Of a DNA stretch of 64,000 nucleotides, positions 47,260 through 55,872 are shown piece after piece (within the stretch, counting starts at the first letter, position 1; each line of letters opens with the position of its first letter). The translations under genes were made by a program, and so were the position numbers. Under the pieces are notes generated by a model that searched no databases, was not told where the DNA came from, and saw nothing but the letters and a program-made list of their open reading frames with translations. This DNA comes from Planctomycetaceae bacterium (GTDB taxonomy: Bacteria; Planctomycetota; Planctomycetia; Pirellulales; UBA1268), in NCBI GenBank assembly GCA_947459185.1, contig CANHCU010000003.1:4870-68869 (forward strand), written 5' to 3'.

Positions 47260-48249
47260 ATGGCGGAAGACCACTATCAGACGCTCGGCGTGCCGAAGTC
47301 GGCATCGGCCGAGGACATTCGCAAGGCATATCGCGAACTTGCGCGGAAGTACCATCCCGATCTCCATCCCGACGACAACGCGGCGAAGGAGAAGTTCAAA
47401 AAGGTCCAGACTGCCTTCGACGTGCTCAACGACTCGAGCAAGCGGGAGATGTATGACCGCTATGGCAGTTCGTTCGAGGGCGTGGGGGCAGGGGGGCCGG
47501 GTGGTGGCTGGGCGGGTGGTGGCGGTGGCCGCGGGCCCTTTCCGGGCGCGGGCGGATTTCCCGGTGGCGGTGAGATCGATCTGGAAAGTCTCTTCGGCGG
47601 CGCCGGCGGCTTTGCCGACATGTTTCGTGGCGCGGGCGGCGGTGGAGGTGGCGCCGCATCTGGCCGGGCCGGACGTGGCCGCAAGCGGGCCGCTCAGGTG
47701 GAAGGCGAGGATCTCACGGCCCGCATCGAGGTGCCGTTCAAACTGGCGATCGAAGGGGGCAAGACCGATGTGCGAGTCGATCGCGACGGGAAGGCCGAAA
47801 CGATCAGCGTGACGATTCCGCAGGGGCTGCCCGATGGCGCGAGGATGCGGCTCCGGGGACAGGGCCTGCCTGGTTCGGGCGGCGGAGTGGCCGGCGATCT
47901 GCTCCTGGAAGTGGGCGTGGAATCGCATCCCGTGTTTCGACGCGACGGCGATACGCTCGAACTCACGCTGCCGGTCTCACTCGCTGAGGCGATCGAAGGG
48001 GCCAAGGTGGATGTGCCCACCCCGTGGGGCACGATCAGCCTCCGCATTCCCGCGAACACGTCGGGTGGCCGCAAGCTCCGCGCAGCTGGCATGGGAGTGA
48101 GGCACTCGAATGGGGCGAAAGGAGATCTCATCGCCGAGGTGCAGATCATGCTGCCCGAGGCGGCTGATCCGGAGGCGATCGCGAGGCTGCTCGACGCTGC
48201 GAAGGCGGCTGCCGGAACGGCCTCGCCGCGGCCGCAGCTGCGGTGGTGA
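47260..48249 (+). CDS. DnaJ-family co-chaperone without a zinc-finger domain (CbpA-like)
   Basis: J domain DHYQTLGVPKSASAEDIRKAYRELARKYHPD, a Gly-rich linker and DnaJ C-terminal domains. No CxxCxGxG repeats. Confidence 0.85.
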   Translation: MAEDHYQTLGVPKSASAEDIRKAYRELARKYHPDLHPDDNAAKEKFKKVQTAFDVLNDSSKREMYDRYGSSFEGVGAGGPGGGWAGGGGGRGPFPGAGGFPGGGEIDLESLFGGAGGFADMFRGAGGGGGGAASGRAGRGRKRAAQVEGEDLTARIEVPFKLAIEGGKTDVRVDRDGKAETISVTIPQGLPDGARMRLRGQGLPGSGGGVAGDLLLEVGVESHPVFRRDGDTLELTLPVSLAEAIEGAKVDVPTPWGTISLRIPANTSGGRKLRAAGMGVRHSNGAKGDLIAEVQIMLPEAADPEAIARLLDAAKAAAGTASPRPQLRW

Positions 48250-48707
48250 TGGCTCGATCCGCCGGCAGCGCCGGCTTTCCCCCCGCCGTGAGACTCTTGT
48301 CGCCGGGCGACTTTGCGAGGGTCTTCGCCGTGCGGCGAAGTGCGGCGAGTGGGCCGCTGGTGCTCTACGCCTGTCCGGCCGTGAATGCCGCGCAGCCGGC
48401 GAGGCTGGGGCTCTCCGTGTCGAGTCGGATCGGCAACGCGGTGGTCCGCAATCGCTGGAAGCGGCGGCTGCGGGAGGCGTTTCGCCAGGTGCGGACAGAG
48501 CTGCCCGCGGGCAACGACTTTGTGATCGTGGTGCGGTCTGGAGCCGTGCCTGGGGGAGCCGCCGGAGCGCGGCAGGTGGAGGAGATGATTTGTGATCTTG
48601 CCGCCCGCGTTGTGGCCCGGGCTGGGTATGCGGCAGCGGCCGATGCTTTGAGACAGGGCACCGGCCCGCAGCCTGCTGGTGGCCAGCCGCCGCGACGCCG
48701 GAGATGA
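48249..48707 (+). CDS. rnpA: RNase P protein component
   Basis: LLSPGDFARVF, LGLSVSSRIGNAVVRNRWKRRLREAFR and DFVIVVR. ATG 48249 shares one base with the upstream TGA (TGATG). The ORF-track GTG at 48243 is also possible. Confidence 0.85.
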   Translation: MARSAGSAGFPPAVRLLSPGDFARVFAVRRSAASGPLVLYACPAVNAAQPARLGLSVSSRIGNAVVRNRWKRRLREAFRQVRTELPAGNDFVIVVRSGAVPGGAAGARQVEEMICDLAARVVARAGYAAAADALRQGTGPQPAGGQPPRRRR

Positions 48708-48710
48708 GCC

Positions 48711-48971
48711 ATGAAGCGGCCCCGGGAGATCTGGCAGAGTGTGGCGCGGGCGTGCGACCGCGCGGCATCGGCCGTGCTCATCGGGCTTGTCATTCTTTAC
48801 AAGCTCACGCTCAGTCCGCTGCTCGGCAGGCATTGTCGGTTTCAGCCGACCTGTAGCAGCTACTTCCGGCAGGCAGTCGAGAAGCACGGCGCCCTCCGCG
48901 GCAGCCTCCGCGGCCTCGCCCGTATCGGCCGCTGCCACCCCTGGCATCCGGGCGGCTACGATCCGCCGTGA
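48711..48971 (+). CDS. yidD: Membrane protein insertion efficiency factor YidD
   Basis: YKLTLSPLLGRHCRFQPTCSSYFRQAVEKHG..RIGRCHPWHPGGYDPP. Confidence 0.95.
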   Translation: MKRPREIWQSVARACDRAASAVLIGLVILYKLTLSPLLGRHCRFQPTCSSYFRQAVEKHGALRGSLRGLARIGRCHPWHPGGYDPP

Positions 48972-48988
48972 CCGCCGTGCATCGTTGT

Positions 48989-49014
48989 CCTCCCTGAATA
49001 CGGTCACAGGGAGG
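48989..49014 (+). terminator. Hairpin just after yidD (terminator candidate, no U-tract)
   Basis: CCTCCCTG (10 nt) CAGGGAGG forms an 8-bp stem. Confidence 0.3.
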
Positions 49015-49157
49015 CTACCCATGCCCCATGAGCCGGCGTTGCTGACCAGCGCAGGCAGGATGCCGAAGCGGAGGCGATCTGGCTAGCGCAGTCAGCATCG
49101 AGTGAGCGAAGCCCAGGATGGGCGCAGCGAACGTCCGGCGACGGGGCATGGGTAGCC
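49013..49157. other. 145-nt rod-like intergenic element closed by a perfect 15-bp helix (candidate sRNA or MITE/REP)
   Basis: GGCTACCCATGCCCC (49013-49027) pairs with GGGGCATGGGTAGCC (49143-49157). A second 13-bp helix joins 49032-49044 to 49125-49140. Inner hairpins are GGC-AGGAT-GCC (49054-49064) and GCCC-AGGAT-GGGC (49111-49123). Confidence 0.5.
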
Positions 49158-49162
49158 CTGTC

Positions 49163-49987
49163 TTACGCTGGCTTCTGCACCAGTTCCAGCAGTCGGCCGG
49201 GCGAACCCATGATGTTGTAGCCGGCGTCGACGTGGAGAATCTCGCCGGTGATGCCGAACGAGTCCTTCGAGAGCAGCCAGGCGCCGGCCTTGCCGACCTC
49301 GTCCTGCGTGATGTTGCGGCCCATCGGCGCCATCCGCTCATAGAGGCCGAGCATCTCATCGACACCGGCGCCGCGGCCGGCAAGTGTGCGGACCGGGCCG
49401 GCACTCACGGCGTTGACGCGGACGCCAGCGGGCCCGAGGTCATAGGCCATGTACTTCACGCAGGCGTCGAGCGTTGCCTTGCAGACGCCCATGATGTTGT
49501 AGCCGGGGACGACCTTCTCACCGCCGAAGTAGGTGAGCGTGAGGATCGAGGCATCTTTGGAGAGGATCTTGCGGCAGAGGCGGCCAACCGCCAGCAGACT
49601 GTAGGCGCTCGTCTCCATGGCGGTGCGGAAGCCCTCGCGGCTGCAGTCGGTGGTTTCCCCCTTGAGATCGTCGAGCGGGGCGTAGGCGATCGAGTGCACG
49701 ACGAAGTCGATCGTGCCAAACTCCTGCTTGGCGCGGTCCATGACGGAAGCGATCTGCTCGTCATTGGAAACGTCCATCGGCACGAGGAACTTCGCGTTTG
49801 GCTCGGGATCGGTGAGCTGGGCCACGCGGCGGCGATTCCGCTGCCGCTCGTCATCGGGGCGGTCGGGGAGGTGGGAGAAGCCGATCTGGCCGCCGCCCGC
49901 AAGAATTTCCTTGGCGATGGCCCAGGCGAGCGAGTGATCGTTGGCAACGCCGAGAACCAGACCCTTCATTCCATCGAACCTGCCCAT
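49163..49987 (-). CDS. fabI: Enoyl-ACP reductase FabI
   Basis: GLVLGVANDHSLAWAIAK, FVVHSIAYAP, YNIMGVCKATLDA (Y-x6-K) and ILHVDAGYNIMG. Start at ATG 49987. Confidence 0.9.
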   Translation of the reverse strand: MGRFDGMKGLVLGVANDHSLAWAIAKEILAGGGQIGFSHLPDRPDDERQRNRRRVAQLTDPEPNAKFLVPMDVSNDEQIASVMDRAKQEFGTIDFVVHSIAYAPLDDLKGETTDCSREGFRTAMETSAYSLLAVGRLCRKILSKDASILTLTYFGGEKVVPGYNIMGVCKATLDACVKYMAYDLGPAGVRVNAVSAGPVRTLAGRGAGVDEMLGLYERMAPMGRNITQDEVGKAGAWLLSKDSFGITGEILHVDAGYNIMGSPGRLLELVQKPA

Positions 49988-50117
49988 GGGAATCCTCTGA
50001 GAAAGTGGTGTCGTGTGCGGAGGTGGAAATGTAGCGGGTCTGCCGGAATCGCTCAACGCGGCGTGTGGGCTGCGGGCCTTGCCGGGCGATGATCCGATGG
50101 GTAAAACTGTCACGGAA

Positions 50118-50191
50118 GCCTCGTTAGCTCAATTGGTCAGAGCATCTGACTCTTAATCAGAGGGTTCTTGGTTCGAGTCCAAGACGAGGCA
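50118..50191 (+). tRNA. tRNA-Lys (CTT)
   Basis: GCCTCGTTAGCTCAATTGGTCAGAGCATCTGACTCTTAATCAGAGGGTTCTTGGTTCGAGTCCAAGACGAGGCA folds as a 74-nt cloverleaf with anticodon loop CTCTTAA. Confidence 0.95.
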
Positions 50192-50213
50192 CTTCGGCAG
50201 ACGTGCAGCATCC

Positions 50214-51167
50214 GTGAAGAAGGCTCTGATCGTCGGCGTGTCGGGGCAGGATGGCGGCTATCTTGCCAGCCTGCTGTTCGAGAAGGGCTACGAAGTCCAC
50301 GGAGCGTCGCGAGACCCCTCGCGGGCCTCCTTTTCCGCCCTCCGGTCGCTGGGCATCGCCGACTGTGTCGTCATCCACGCGATGACGCCGACCGATTTCA
50401 GCAGCGTGCTCTCGCTCCTGCGGCACGTCGAGGCCGACGAGATCTACAACCTGTCGGGGCAGTCTTCGGTCGGCCTGTCGTTTCGCCAGCCGCTGGAAAC
50501 CTTCGACAGCATCACGATCGCGACGATGCACCTACTCGAGTGCATCCGGCTGCTCGAGAAGCCGGTGCGGTTCTACAACGCCGGGTCGAGCGAGGTCTTT
50601 GGCAACACGCCCACCCCGGCCGACGAACTGACGCCGTTCCGACCTCGCAGCCCCTATGCCACGGCCAAGGCGGCCGCCCACAACGCCGTCGCCAACTACC
50701 GTGAGGCCTACGGGCTCCACGCGAGCACCGGCATCCTGTTCAACCATGAGTCGCCGTTCCGCCCGGAGCGGTTTGTGACGAGCAAGGTGGTGCAGGCGGC
50801 CCGTCGCATCGCCGCCGGCTCGCGGGAGCGACTGTCGCTCGGCAACCTGAGCGTGCAGCGCGACTGGGGCTGGGCACCGGAATACGTCGATGCGATGTGG
50901 CGGATCGTGCAGCACGAGCCAGCCGACGACTTCGTGATCGCCACCGGCCGCAGCCACTCGCTGCGGGAGTTCGTGGAGAGGGTGTTTGCCTGCGTGAACC
51001 TCGACGCCCGCGACCACGTGGACGAGCATGCGGAGCCGGCCCGCCCCTCCGATATCGCCGTGAGTGCCGGCAATCCTGCCAAGGCGCATGCCGAGCTGGG
51101 ATGGAAGGCGACGTATGACCTCGACATGATCGTGCGGGAGATGGTGCTTTCCCGCGATGGAGCGTGA
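50214..51167 (+). CDS. gmd: GDP-mannose 4,6-dehydratase
   Basis: KKALIVGVSGQDGGYLASLLFEKGYEVHG, YATAKAAA and FNHESPFRPERFVTSKV. The GTG start is 22 nt after tRNA-Lys. Confidence 0.9.
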   Translation: MKKALIVGVSGQDGGYLASLLFEKGYEVHGASRDPSRASFSALRSLGIADCVVIHAMTPTDFSSVLSLLRHVEADEIYNLSGQSSVGLSFRQPLETFDSITIATMHLLECIRLLEKPVRFYNAGSSEVFGNTPTPADELTPFRPRSPYATAKAAAHNAVANYREAYGLHASTGILFNHESPFRPERFVTSKVVQAARRIAAGSRERLSLGNLSVQRDWGWAPEYVDAMWRIVQHEPADDFVIATGRSHSLREFVERVFACVNLDARDHVDEHAEPARPSDIAVSAGNPAKAHAELGWKATYDLDMIVREMVLSRDGA

Positions 51168-51184
51168 AGCGGTCCCGCAGCGTT

Positions 51185-51559
51185 TATCGAGGAAATGTTG
51201 GGATCAGGCGGCGTGTCATGCGGGTGACAAATGTCCGCAGCCGTGTGATTGCTGGCGTACGAAACCTGAGGAGCCGATGCTGGCGGGCCCTCAGGCTTGG
51301 CATGCGGTCATCCGCAGCCGCGATGCGGGCGAGGTCGGCCAGCACGCGACCTGCGAGCACCTGCGACCGCTGGGTTCGATTGGTATCGATCGGCGAGCAC
51401 CAGCGTGATGGGGTCGTGCACCGTCACGTCGGCATGGGGTGGCGGGCCGGAACCATCCAGCAGACGGCTGAAGAGTTCTGACTCGTAGCGGCCGATGCAT
51501 CAGCTGGAATGGCGATTGAAGCGCATCTCGATGGCGGTGGCATCGAGGCCGACTCTCAT
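51185..51559 (-). pseudogene. Decayed GT4 glycosyltransferase remnant
   Basis: The ATG overlaps the upstream stop (ATGA). It reads MRVGLDATAIEMRFNRHSS*CIGRYESELFSRLL; the GT4 N-terminal pattern is MRIGIDAR....GIGRY..LL. There is an in-frame TGA at codon 20, the frame is lost further on, and only about 375 nt remain before gmd. Confidence 0.6.
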
Positions 51560-52446
51560 GGGTTCACCCGCAGCAGGGATCCTACCTTCCGCCAAGCGTC
51601 CGACGCGGCACCAAGAATTCTGCCGATGAGGCCGTAGCGGGTGAGCGCCAGCCTGCGCATCAGTGGCTGAATCTCGGCGTCTAAATCGGCAGGAAGGGGA
51701 GTGGTTCTGGCCGGGTCGAGGCCATCGTAGGCGACCGTGACCAGCTTTTTGGCCCGGTAGCCGCTGAAGGCAGATTGCACCACGTAGGCGTAGGAGCCGA
51801 CGTCGGTCAGCGGATGCCAGGGATGATAGAGGCGTATGGAGGGATCCCACTTCACGGCCAGACCGAGATTCTTGAAACGGATATACATGTCTGTGCCGTG
51901 GGCGTTGATGTGCGACCCGAAGGCCGGATGCTGCTCCCACCCGTTGATCGCGACGATCCACTTCTTGCGGACGCTCATGCACGCGCCGTAGTTCGTGGTG
52001 TTGCCAATCTTCGCATGCGCCTGGAGGTGGGCGAGATCCCAGTCATCGCGATGGACCGCCTGTGGCTCGTCGTGCCGGTAGAGAAACACGACCAGATCAT
52101 CCGTTTTCTGATGCTCCTCCCAGAGAGACTGTAGGCCAGTCTGCTCGGGCACGACGTCGCCATCGGCATACACGATCAACTCGCCGCGACTCGCCCGCAC
52201 GCCCGCGTTGCGACAGTAGGCGGAATGATAGGAGCCCTCCCGGCCCAGTGTGATGATCCGAAGGTTGGGATAGCGGGCCGCCCGCTCCTCGAGCGCCGGA
52301 TCGACTCGGTCGGAATGCTCCACCCAGATGATTTCGTACTGATCGGCAGGAAGTGTTTGATTGGCAAATGCGTCGACGGCATGAAACCGCTCGCGGAACG
52401 AACCATCGATGAGGATGACGGAGATCAACAGTGGTGGGGCCGTCAT
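51556..52446 (-). CDS. Glycosyltransferase family 2-like (GT-A fold)
   Basis: LISVILIDGSFRE, YEIIWVEHSD and VYADGDVV (DxD). Start at ATG 52446. Confidence 0.6.
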   Translation of the reverse strand: MTAPPLLISVILIDGSFRERFHAVDAFANQTLPADQYEIIWVEHSDRVDPALEERAARYPNLRIITLGREGSYHSAYCRNAGVRASRGELIVYADGDVVPEQTGLQSLWEEHQKTDDLVVFLYRHDEPQAVHRDDWDLAHLQAHAKIGNTTNYGACMSVRKKWIVAINGWEQHPAFGSHINAHGTDMYIRFKNLGLAVKWDPSIRLYHPWHPLTDVGSYAYVVQSAFSGYRAKKLVTVAYDGLDPARTTPLPADLDAEIQPLMRRLALTRYGLIGRILGAASDAWRKVGSLLRVNP

Positions 52447-52453
52447 GTCGGTG

Positions 52454-53662
52454 TCACTCCTCTCGAATCCACCGGGAGAGATAGCGGTGCAACGAATGTG
52501 GCTGGGCTTCTTCCCAGGCGGGGTAATCCCATGCGGCCTGGCCGGGTGACCGGGCGAGATCATGCAGCAGAGCATGCCACTCGGGCCAGGATTCGCCGAC
52601 CACGTGCACGCCGGGCGGAACATCGATCGCCCACGTGGGGTGAGCGGGAGTGAGCGACGGAACACCGGCACAGGAGAGTTCCGTCAGTCGGGTGACCGAG
52701 CCAAAGCCGCTGAACTGCGGCACGACAACTGCCCGTGCCAGAGTCAGCAGGCGGTCGAGGTCCGGCTGGCTGACCCATCCCAAGGCCTCGATGCGGGCCG
52801 TCCCGCGAAGGTCGAGGGTGTCGGTGCCCATGCCCGCGATCACGAGTCGAACCCCGGGAGGCAGCCCATGTGAGCGTGCTTGTGCCAGGAACCATTCGAA
52901 CGCACGGCGGGTGGTGCCGTGCATGGCGCTGCCAAGCAGGAGAAACAGCTCGGGCTCCTGTTCCACCTGCAGTCGCGCATTGCGAATCGCCTCGAGCCTC
53001 GTGCGGATGGCGCCGACCGGAAGATAGGGATAGTGCTCAGCCTCCAGACCTAAGCCGCTCACCAGGCCTGTCTCGACTTTCGAAATGAACATCCGGCCAG
53101 CGCAGCGTTGCAGGAGCCCGAGTTCGTTGGCGAAGTCGACCAGATGGGTGCGCAAACCCCACGACCCGTGGGCGTCGGCCGCGGCGAGGTCGAGCGATTC
53201 GAGATTGTGTGTGATCGCGATGACTGGCACGTCGAACTCCCTCGCGACGGCCACAACGCCGATGAAGCGGGCGTCGTCGATCACCGTGACACACGGCCGG
53301 GGCAGGCGTTCGAGCAGCGCCCTGTATTCCTTCACAAAGCCCCGTGGCGTGAACGTGCGCGAGGAATAGCCGGTGCCATGAAAGACCCCCAGGGGATTCT
53401 CCAGACAGTCGTTGATCCGTCGCACGACTCTGCTGGTGAGTGTTGGGCGTGTGGAGGCCGCCTCTAGTCCGGCATGCCTGGCCCGCCAGTCCATCAGACT
53501 TAAGGTATGCACCTGACCCGCGCCACACGCCGACTTGAGATCGTGCTCGATCTGGTAGGTCCGATGCCTGCCGCCGGGGCCGATGTCGGCGGGGAGTGGG
53601 CGAGCGACGAAGACGATGGATGGCATGGGGCGGTTGACGCGGGAGAAATTCGCTATGTCCAA
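52454..53662 (-). CDS. GT-B-fold glycosyltransferase-like protein (family 1-like, divergent)
   Basis: The C-terminal half LLLGSAMHGTTRRAFEWFL..VRLVIAGMG..ALGWVSQPDLDRLL..VVVPQFSGFGSVTRLTELSCAGVP resembles a GT1 C-domain, but the canonical EX7E motif is not obvious. Confidence 0.4.
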   Translation of the reverse strand: MDIANFSRVNRPMPSIVFVARPLPADIGPGGRHRTYQIEHDLKSACGAGQVHTLSLMDWRARHAGLEAASTRPTLTSRVVRRINDCLENPLGVFHGTGYSSRTFTPRGFVKEYRALLERLPRPCVTVIDDARFIGVVAVAREFDVPVIAITHNLESLDLAAADAHGSWGLRTHLVDFANELGLLQRCAGRMFISKVETGLVSGLGLEAEHYPYLPVGAIRTRLEAIRNARLQVEQEPELFLLLGSAMHGTTRRAFEWFLAQARSHGLPPGVRLVIAGMGTDTLDLRGTARIEALGWVSQPDLDRLLTLARAVVVPQFSGFGSVTRLTELSCAGVPSLTPAHPTWAIDVPPGVHVVGESWPEWHALLHDLARSPGQAAWDYPAWEEAQPHSLHRYLSRWIREE

Positions 53663-53701
53663 GATGCGACGGCCGCCGTTTGCTCCAGATTCAGAACCCC
53701 G

Positions 53702-54667
53702 TCACTCCCAGCGAGGATCTGTCTCGTAGCCCAGTTTGAGGAGCAGGTCATTATAGTTCCGCTTGAAATACTCGACGTGCACCGGTTCGAAGTGGTTTCG
53801 CCAATCCCCCGCGATTCCCTTTCGGTAGTGATTGTGGGCATCTTCGACGCCGCGTTCACGGCCGCCCGCCTTCCGTGAAAAGCGGTGTCGGTCCACGATC
53901 GTGGGAACAGCTTCGATAGCCATGCTTCGGTATCGTAGGCCGTGCTTCCAGGCCACGTTCAGCGGATAGAGGCGATAGGGATCGGGCCCGTGGACCCGCG
54001 CTACGGCCGGAGATTCTCCTTCAGGCGTCCGTGGGAACATCCAGTGCCGAAGGTGACGCCGTGCCATCCGTTGCGCACGGCCGACGATGATGCCGACCAG
54101 GCTACCAAGCCGTTCCCCGGAGCTGCTCTGCGGCAGGTGCGTGAGACCGAAGTGCTCGACGATCGTTACAACGTGCTCGACAGGCGACGCAATCATGTCT
54201 TCCATCCGGAGTTCGAGCACTCCGGGCTGGGTATAATCCCAGTTAGCCATGTCGGCGAGCACGCGGCGGCTGAACTCCATCTCGAGCAACAGCCCGGCCG
54301 ACTTGTCGGTGGATTGCAGCTGGCGGCGATGTTCAGCCAGTCTCGGCCATGTTGCGAGGCTGTGGGAGTGAAGGTGCGAGAAATACGCCGACACAATCAG
54401 GTCTCTGGGATCCCGGATCACGTGAAATCCACGCAGCGGCGGCAGCAGCTTGACCTGGCCGATGTCGGCATTGGAGTAGACGAGGACGTCGGGCTTGAAG
54501 CAGCGGACGAGCGCACCCAGATCGGCGAAGTCCCACTCCTGTATTCGTGACACCTCGAACATCCGCAGGTAGGTCGTCGCGCAGATGTCGGCCAGAATGG
54601 CCTTGATCCACTGCGAGGCGCACTTGTGGTGGCCGAAGTAGGCACACCGTGGAGGTTTCGTGGTCAC
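53702..54667 (-). CDS. Sulfotransferase (1 of 3)
   Basis: VIRDPRDLIVSAY (3'-PB-like) and HYRKGIAGDWRNHF (typical sulfotransferase C-terminal motif). The 5'-PSB region is the atypical FGHHKCAS. GTG 54667 is preceded by AGGAGG and overlaps the upstream stop (GTGA). Confidence 0.65.
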   Translation of the reverse strand: MTTKPPRCAYFGHHKCASQWIKAILADICATTYLRMFEVSRIQEWDFADLGALVRCFKPDVLVYSNADIGQVKLLPPLRGFHVIRDPRDLIVSAYFSHLHSHSLATWPRLAEHRRQLQSTDKSAGLLLEMEFSRRVLADMANWDYTQPGVLELRMEDMIASPVEHVVTIVEHFGLTHLPQSSSGERLGSLVGIIVGRAQRMARRHLRHWMFPRTPEGESPAVARVHGPDPYRLYPLNVAWKHGLRYRSMAIEAVPTIVDRHRFSRKAGGRERGVEDAHNHYRKGIAGDWRNHFEPVHVEYFKRNYNDLLLKLGYETDPRWE

Positions 54668-55617
54668 GCCGCGCCTCCTGGGGAGACAGTAGAAATCAGA
54701 CTCCCCTGTCCGAATCGCCGAAGCAGGTAGTCCTTGATCCCCAGCATGGTAGCCCGGAAGAGCGCCGTTCGCTCCTCTGGGGTCCGGCCCAATCGATAGC
54801 ACCTTGCACGGGCCTCCCATAGGAACAGCATCATGCGCGGCACGAGCAGCAGAAGGAAGGAGTGCCGTTCCAGAGACAGGAGGCCGTTGCGCGTGAAGTA
54901 ATACTGATAGGTCGTGCCACGCTTGCCGCCGAATGTCTTCGATCCGCCGTGCCAGAGCCGTGCTGTGGGGACGTATCGCAGCGTCATCCCCGCCTCGCAG
55001 GCCCTCAGACTCCAGTCGACATCCTCGAACAGCAGAAAAAATCGGTCGTCGAACGGGCCGATGCGTTCGAACGCCTGCCTGGTGGCGAACAGTGCGCAGC
55101 CGGTGATCCAGTCGGTGTTCCCGGGCTGGTCAAACTCCGGGCCATCGGGCTGGCCGAGGCCCACATGCACGGCGGGGCCTCTTCTCAAGATTCGGCCCCC
55201 GGCGAAATAGATCGTGTCGGGCTCTGACTCGAAGAGACATTTCGGTACGGCGGCGGCCGTGTTGGGATGGGCCATGCAGTCGGCCAACAGCTCGGCCACA
55301 CACTGAGGGTCGAACACGACGTCGTTGTTGACCACGAAGATGTGGGTGGCCCCGCTGGCGAGCGCGTGGCGAATCCCGACGTTGTTGCCGCCCGTATAGC
55401 CGAGATTGCGGCCTGTCTGCAGCAGGGTGATGTCGGGATGCGCCTGACGGATCGCGGCCTCGGAGCCATCCTCCGAGCCGTTGTCGACGACGATGAGATC
55501 GAGCGAAACCGTCTGCTCCTTCAGGCTCGACAGGCAGGAAAGCGTGTCAGCCTTGCCGTTCCAGTTGAGGATGATGACGGTCACGTGGGTGTTCATGGGC
55601 TGCGGACCGGCCAGCAT
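54664..55617 (-). CDS. Glycosyltransferase family 2
   Basis: VTVIILNWNGKADTLSCLSSL, LIVVDNGSEDGS and NLGYTGGNN. Start at 55617 or 55596. Confidence 0.85.
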   Translation of the reverse strand: MLAGPQPMNTHVTVIILNWNGKADTLSCLSSLKEQTVSLDLIVVDNGSEDGSEAAIRQAHPDITLLQTGRNLGYTGGNNVGIRHALASGATHIFVVNNDVVFDPQCVAELLADCMAHPNTAAAVPKCLFESEPDTIYFAGGRILRRGPAVHVGLGQPDGPEFDQPGNTDWITGCALFATRQAFERIGPFDDRFFLLFEDVDWSLRACEAGMTLRYVPTARLWHGGSKTFGGKRGTTYQYYFTRNGLLSLERHSFLLLLVPRMMLFLWEARARCYRLGRTPEERTALFRATMLGIKDYLLRRFGQGSLISTVSPGGAA

Positions 55618-55872
55618 GGCGAGGTCAGATTCGTTCCAGGATGGTGAGCCTGTTGTTGTTCAACCCGTTGGTGCCTGGCCGGATGACCTCGACCCGGTCC
55701 ATGCCGACGGACGACGTTTTCCCTTGCGCGCCGCTTTTTCGATGATAGCTTGGGCCTTTGGCCCCGAAATAAATCATCAAGAACCCCCCATGGGGGGTGG
55801 CGTGGGCGATTATTTGCCAAGCCCTCCACCGCCGGGATGCTCCTTGCCTTGGCTAGGAGAGGCGACAACGGG

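Noticed and set aside
47460-47684. Pro-rich 74-aa ORF (PPPPPPAP...) on the minus strand
   Set aside because: It is the antisense translation of the Gly-rich linker (GGC/GGT repeats) of the DnaJ-family gene.
51500-51505. In-frame TGA of the GT4 remnant as selenocysteine or programmed read-through
   Set aside because: The downstream frame is also broken and the gene is truncated to about one third of its length. No SECIS-like hairpin follows. A pseudogene is the simpler reading.
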